A program made the position numbers and the translations under genes. A model generated the notes under the pieces. The model worked only from the letters and a program-made list of their open reading frames with translations. It was not told where the DNA came from and did not search any database. From Pseudomonadota bacterium (GTDB lineage Bacteria; Bdellovibrionota_B; Oligoflexia; Oligoflexales; RGVZ01), in assembly GCA_041178085.1 (NCBI GenBank), contig JBEGVZ010000085.1:64001-128000 (forward strand): a stretch of DNA of 64,000 bases. Direction: 5' to 3'. Below are positions 60,737 to 64,000 of the stretch, in pieces. Every line of letters starts with the position of its first letter. Positions within the stretch are counted from its first letter, which is position 1.

Positions 60737-62263
60737 ATGGCCGTCGGGTCTTTGCCTCTCTTGTTTGTCGACGATGACCCGTTTCTGCGGGAAAAGGTTA
60801 CGCGTGAACTTGACGGGGCAACGTCCTTCGATGGCAGGGCCTTTCAGGTCTTTCAAAGTGCGGACGCAGCCATGGCGCTTTCCATGGCGCCGGCGATCTC
60901 CCGCCAGTCATCTGGAAATTTCATCTCCCTGACCGACTTGTCACTTGATGGCAAGCCAAAGTCAGGGATGAGCCTGATCCGGGAACTGCGCCGGGAATAT
61001 CCCTCGGCGTGCATCATTGCATTCTCTGATTTTGACGATCCCCAGACTGTGCGCGAGTGCTTGATCTCCGGTGCAGACGATTTCATCTCGAAGCGATCCG
61101 AGGGACACGAGTTGATCCATCGGGTTAACATGGCGGGTAATGTGCTCCGGCATGCGCGGCTTGAAAATTCGCGCACATCCCAGGAAAGTTCGCGGATTCA
61201 CATCAGCCCGACCATTGCAGCCATCCAGCAACGGGCTGCCCGCATTGTCCCTTCCGCGGTTTCCTCGGTTCTAGTCTACGGTGAATCAGGCACCGGCAAG
61301 GAAGTCGTGGCGGATGTTTTTGCCAGTCTGGTCGGCAGCAAGGGGCCGTTTCTGCGCGTCAATTGCGGAGCAATTGCGCCGACCCTACTGGAGAGTGAGT
61401 TGTTTGGACACGTACGCGGGGCATTCACCGGGGCGACATCAGACCGGCGCGGTTTCTTTGAGGCGGCATCTGGAGGTTGGATATTTCTTGACGAAGTGGC
61501 AACCCTCACGCCATCGGCCCAGGTGGCTCTGTTGCGTGTGCTGGAGAACCAGGAAGTTGTTCGCCTGGGGTCTTCGCGCCCAGTGACCGTATCGGTTCGC
61601 ATCATTGCGGCTACCAATGAACGGCTCGATGCCCTTGTTGCATCCGGGAAGTTTCGCAAGGACCTCTGGCAAAGGCTTCGTGAGGTGGAAATTGAATTGA
61701 CGCCACTTCGAGATCGCCGCCGAGAGGTTGCGGGCCTTGTCCAGCATTTCTGCGCGACGATGCCGGGCGGTCCGTATGAAGTCACCGAGCCGGTCATGGA
61801 GATTCTCGGCGCCGCCTCCTGGTCGGATGGGAACATCCGTGAACTCAGGAATTGTTTACGCGCCATGACTGAGTTCGCAACGCCCGACCGGCGGTTGACG
61901 CCCCTCTCTTTACCCAAGTGGCTGTGGCAGGATCCCGGGGTTGTAAAAGGGGAAGCCAGGCCGGGTGGTGACGACGATGTCGCTGGGCGGATGCCTGGTG
62001 CGATGAAGCAGCTAGTCCTCGACGTGCCGCCATCCTTGGCAAATCCCTATCATTTCGAGGATCTTGCCGATCTTGCGCTGGTGACGTTGATCCGCAGGAT
62101 TTTCCGCGAAAGGGGCAAGGTATCGTTGAGGTCTCTATCGAGGATCGTTGGTCTTTCGCGCGGCACCATTGCGACAAAGCTCAGGGCCGCTGCGGACAAG
62201 GGAATCTTTGCCGTGGATGAAATGCAAAGCCTGTTCGCCATGCAGGGACCGGAAGACAAGTAG
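60737..62263 (+). CDS. Sigma-54-dependent response regulator (NtrC family)
   Basis: Receiver VDDD..TD..K; GESGTGKE, ESELFGHVRGAFTGA, FLDE and GNIREL. Confidence 0.94.
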   Translation: MAVGSLPLLFVDDDPFLREKVTRELDGATSFDGRAFQVFQSADAAMALSMAPAISRQSSGNFISLTDLSLDGKPKSGMSLIRELRREYPSACIIAFSDFDDPQTVRECLISGADDFISKRSEGHELIHRVNMAGNVLRHARLENSRTSQESSRIHISPTIAAIQQRAARIVPSAVSSVLVYGESGTGKEVVADVFASLVGSKGPFLRVNCGAIAPTLLESELFGHVRGAFTGATSDRRGFFEAASGGWIFLDEVATLTPSAQVALLRVLENQEVVRLGSSRPVTVSVRIIAATNERLDALVASGKFRKDLWQRLREVEIELTPLRDRRREVAGLVQHFCATMPGGPYEVTEPVMEILGAASWSDGNIRELRNCLRAMTEFATPDRRLTPLSLPKWLWQDPGVVKGEARPGGDDDVAGRMPGAMKQLVLDVPPSLANPYHFEDLADLALVTLIRRIFRERGKVSLRSLSRIVGLSRGTIATKLRAAADKGIFAVDEMQSLFAMQGPEDK

Positions 62264-62288
62264 GGTTTTCCCGCACCATCTTTCCCGG

Positions 62289-62672
62289 TCAGTTGCCGGA
62301 GGTGGTCTCTTCGGTTGGGGCTGCCCCGTTCAGCCTTTCCTGCCAGCCTTTTCGGCGGAAGAACTTGCCGCGAAACTTCTTGTGATTCGGGTTTTCGACC
62401 AAAAACCCCTTCCCTCGTTCATCGTCCACCCACTCAAGGGTTGATCCCCGGACAAACTGCACCGTTTCAGGGTCGATGATGACGGTGACGGCACCAAATG
62501 TGACGGTGACATCTTTCTCTTCGCGCTGGTCAAAAGTGACACCGTAGTCAAAACCGTCACATCCTTTGCCTGATAGGTAGATCCTGAGGTCAAGATTTGA
62601 CCAATCTTGGTTGCTATCCCGCAGGGTGATCGCTGCGGCAACGGCATTTTCAGTGAGCGTAATCGGGTTCAT
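62289..62672 (-). CDS. HesB/IscA/ErpA-family protein lacking the C-terminal CGC
   Basis: ITLTENA, LRIYLSGKGCDGFDY, VIIDP and GF..ENPN. Confidence 0.85.
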   Translation of the reverse strand: MNPITLTENAVAAAITLRDSNQDWSNLDLRIYLSGKGCDGFDYGVTFDQREEKDVTVTFGAVTVIIDPETVQFVRGSTLEWVDDERGKGFLVENPNHKKFRGKFFRRKGWQERLNGAAPTEETTSGN

Positions 62673-62677
62673 GGTGG

Positions 62678-63364
62678 TCAAACTTTCATGCTGAACGGAG
62701 TGAAGTTGGTGTTGTGATCGAAATAGTCTTCGTTCTCTGCCCGTTTGATCGCTGCAACAATCCGGTACGTCAAGGGGGTCGCAAGAACCTCCCACATGAC
62801 TTTCAGGATGTAGTTGGTTACGGCCACTGTGACCAGCATTTTCGTGTCCCAGATGCCGAAGAAGGCAAGTGGATAAAAGATTGTTGAATCAACGGCTTCC
62901 CCGGCGACTGTGGAGCCAATGGTCCGGGTCCACAGGTGTTTTCCTTTGGTCAGGATCTTGAGCTTGGCAAGGACGAACGAGTTTGTGAATTCCCCGGCAA
63001 AGTAGGCGATCATGGAAGCAGCGACGATGCGGGGGGTCGATCCGAAGACCTGTTCGATGGCAGTCTGCCCTGTATATCCCTCTGCGGGCGGCAGCTTCAA
63101 GACCACCTGGGTCATGAATGCCGAAAAGATCAGTGCGCCAAAACCAGCCCAGACTACCCTGCGCGAGCGCGCATAACCGTAGACTTCAGTCAGGATGTCG
63201 CCAAAAAGGTAGCTCAGCGGAAAAAAAAGATTCCCGCCGCCAAAAGTCAATCCGCCCAGGGTGACGACCTTGCTGACCCCAATCAGGTTGGCACACAGGA
63301 GTACGGTGACAAAGGCTGCCATGATCAGGTCGTAGTATTTATAGTTCCGTCTTGAGTCGGGCAT
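62678..63364 (-). CDS. Queuosine precursor transporter (YhhQ/Vut_1 family)
   Basis: FPLSYLFGDILTEVYG, RIVAASMIAY, LWTRTIGST and VDSTIF. Confidence 0.92.
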   Translation of the reverse strand: MPDSRRNYKYYDLIMAAFVTVLLCANLIGVSKVVTLGGLTFGGGNLFFPLSYLFGDILTEVYGYARSRRVVWAGFGALIFSAFMTQVVLKLPPAEGYTGQTAIEQVFGSTPRIVAASMIAYFAGEFTNSFVLAKLKILTKGKHLWTRTIGSTVAGEAVDSTIFYPLAFFGIWDTKMLVTVAVTNYILKVMWEVLATPLTYRIVAAIKRAENEDYFDHNTNFTPFSMKV

Positions 63365-63472
63365 CCGGTTTCCTTCTGGTTTGTTTGGTTGCCTGCCTAT
63401 GGCCGGCTGCCTGTTCCGGGTTAAAATAAGGACCTGCAGTGGGCAATGTTCCACTTTTGGGGTTTCAAGTCC

Positions 63473-64000
63473 ATGTTTCAACGCCTCCGAATTCGCAAGA
63501 TCGCAACAAGTTGCGCGTTTTTGGTCATGCTGGGCACGTCAATAGGTGTCGCTGGCCCGGAAAAGAACGGCCCGGCGGGCTGGCTTGCCTACGGGGATTT
63601 GCGCGGCAGCTTTGAACCCTGTGGTTGTGATCCCAAGACAGACCTTGGTGGAGTCCATCGGCTTGCCACCTTCGCCGCGAGGGAACGCGCCAACAACCCC
63701 GATCTGGTTTTTCTGGATGTCGGGAATAACATTTCGCCTCCCGGCGCAGAGGGTGCACGTACGACTCTTGAGTTGAAAGACACCTTTATTCTGGAAGGGA
63801 TCATCCGCATGAATCCGGGGGCAATGCTGCCCGGGCGTTTTGAACTGCTCCGATCGGAGTGGATGGAAAAGACAATTACCAACTTGAAGTCTGCATCACG
63901 TCTGGGCGGTCTGCTTCCCTTTGTTCTATCCAACAGAAAGCAGACAAAATTGTCGCCGTGGCTCGACGAAAATGTGGCGGCCTTTCGCAAGGTTAACGGT
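63473..64000 (+). CDS. 3'-partial secreted protein with UshA/5'-nucleotidase-like N-terminus (often fused to multiheme cytochrome c)
   Basis: Not in the ORF track because no stop lies in the window. Hand translation gives a signal peptide, then GDLRGSFEPCGC..DLGGVHR..LVFLDVGN..LPFVLSN, open to the window end. Alternative ATG at 63446. Confidence 0.78.
   Translation, partial: MFQRLRIRKIATSCAFLVMLGTSIGVAGPEKNGPAGWLAYGDLRGSFEPCGCDPKTDLGGVHRLATFAARERANNPDLVFLDVGNNISPPGAEGARTTLELKDTFILEGIIRMNPGAMLPGRFELLRSEWMEKTITNLKSASRLGGLLPFVLSNRKQTKLSPWLDENVAAFRKVNG

Overview
A gene-dense 64 kb stretch of core bacterial chromosome with no transposase, integrase, prophage or CRISPR array that I can recognise. 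Gene content suggests a Bdellovibrionota/Oligoflexia-like or other former 'deltaproteobacterial' genome (inference from class II RNR, RNase Y, MqnP/UbiX, DUF1844, many TPR proteins and FliA-type promoters). Housekeeping genes: recN (partial), delta-9 desaturase, nrdJ, lpxC, comEC, dnaK, rny, suhB-like, rpmI-rplT-tRNA-Leu, clpB, tRNA-Gln-prs-rplY-pth-rpsF-rplI-dnaB, grpE, lon, def-rpe-hutH, mqnP-ubiX, ilvA/tdcB and a queuosine-precursor transporter. Best novel-system candidate (6.3-14.7 kb): an operon tetR - TPR - a highly divergent thiolase-like gene - a highly divergent FadJ/FadB-like gene lacking most catalytic motifs, divergent from a FadL/TraF-superfamily barrel, a second barrel and a repeat lipoprotein. 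Other notable items: interleaved NrdR and DnaA boxes at the nrdJ promoter; back-to-back sigma-28 promoters joining a FecR/barrel cluster to a HAMP-PP2C-clpB operon; a sigma-28-driven uncharacterised gene pair; an RNase Y with an eroded KH loop; an IscA/ErpA-like protein lacking CGC; a UvsY-like small protein; and a sigma-54 promoter at lpxC. All family calls come from motif recognition by eye; no searches were run.
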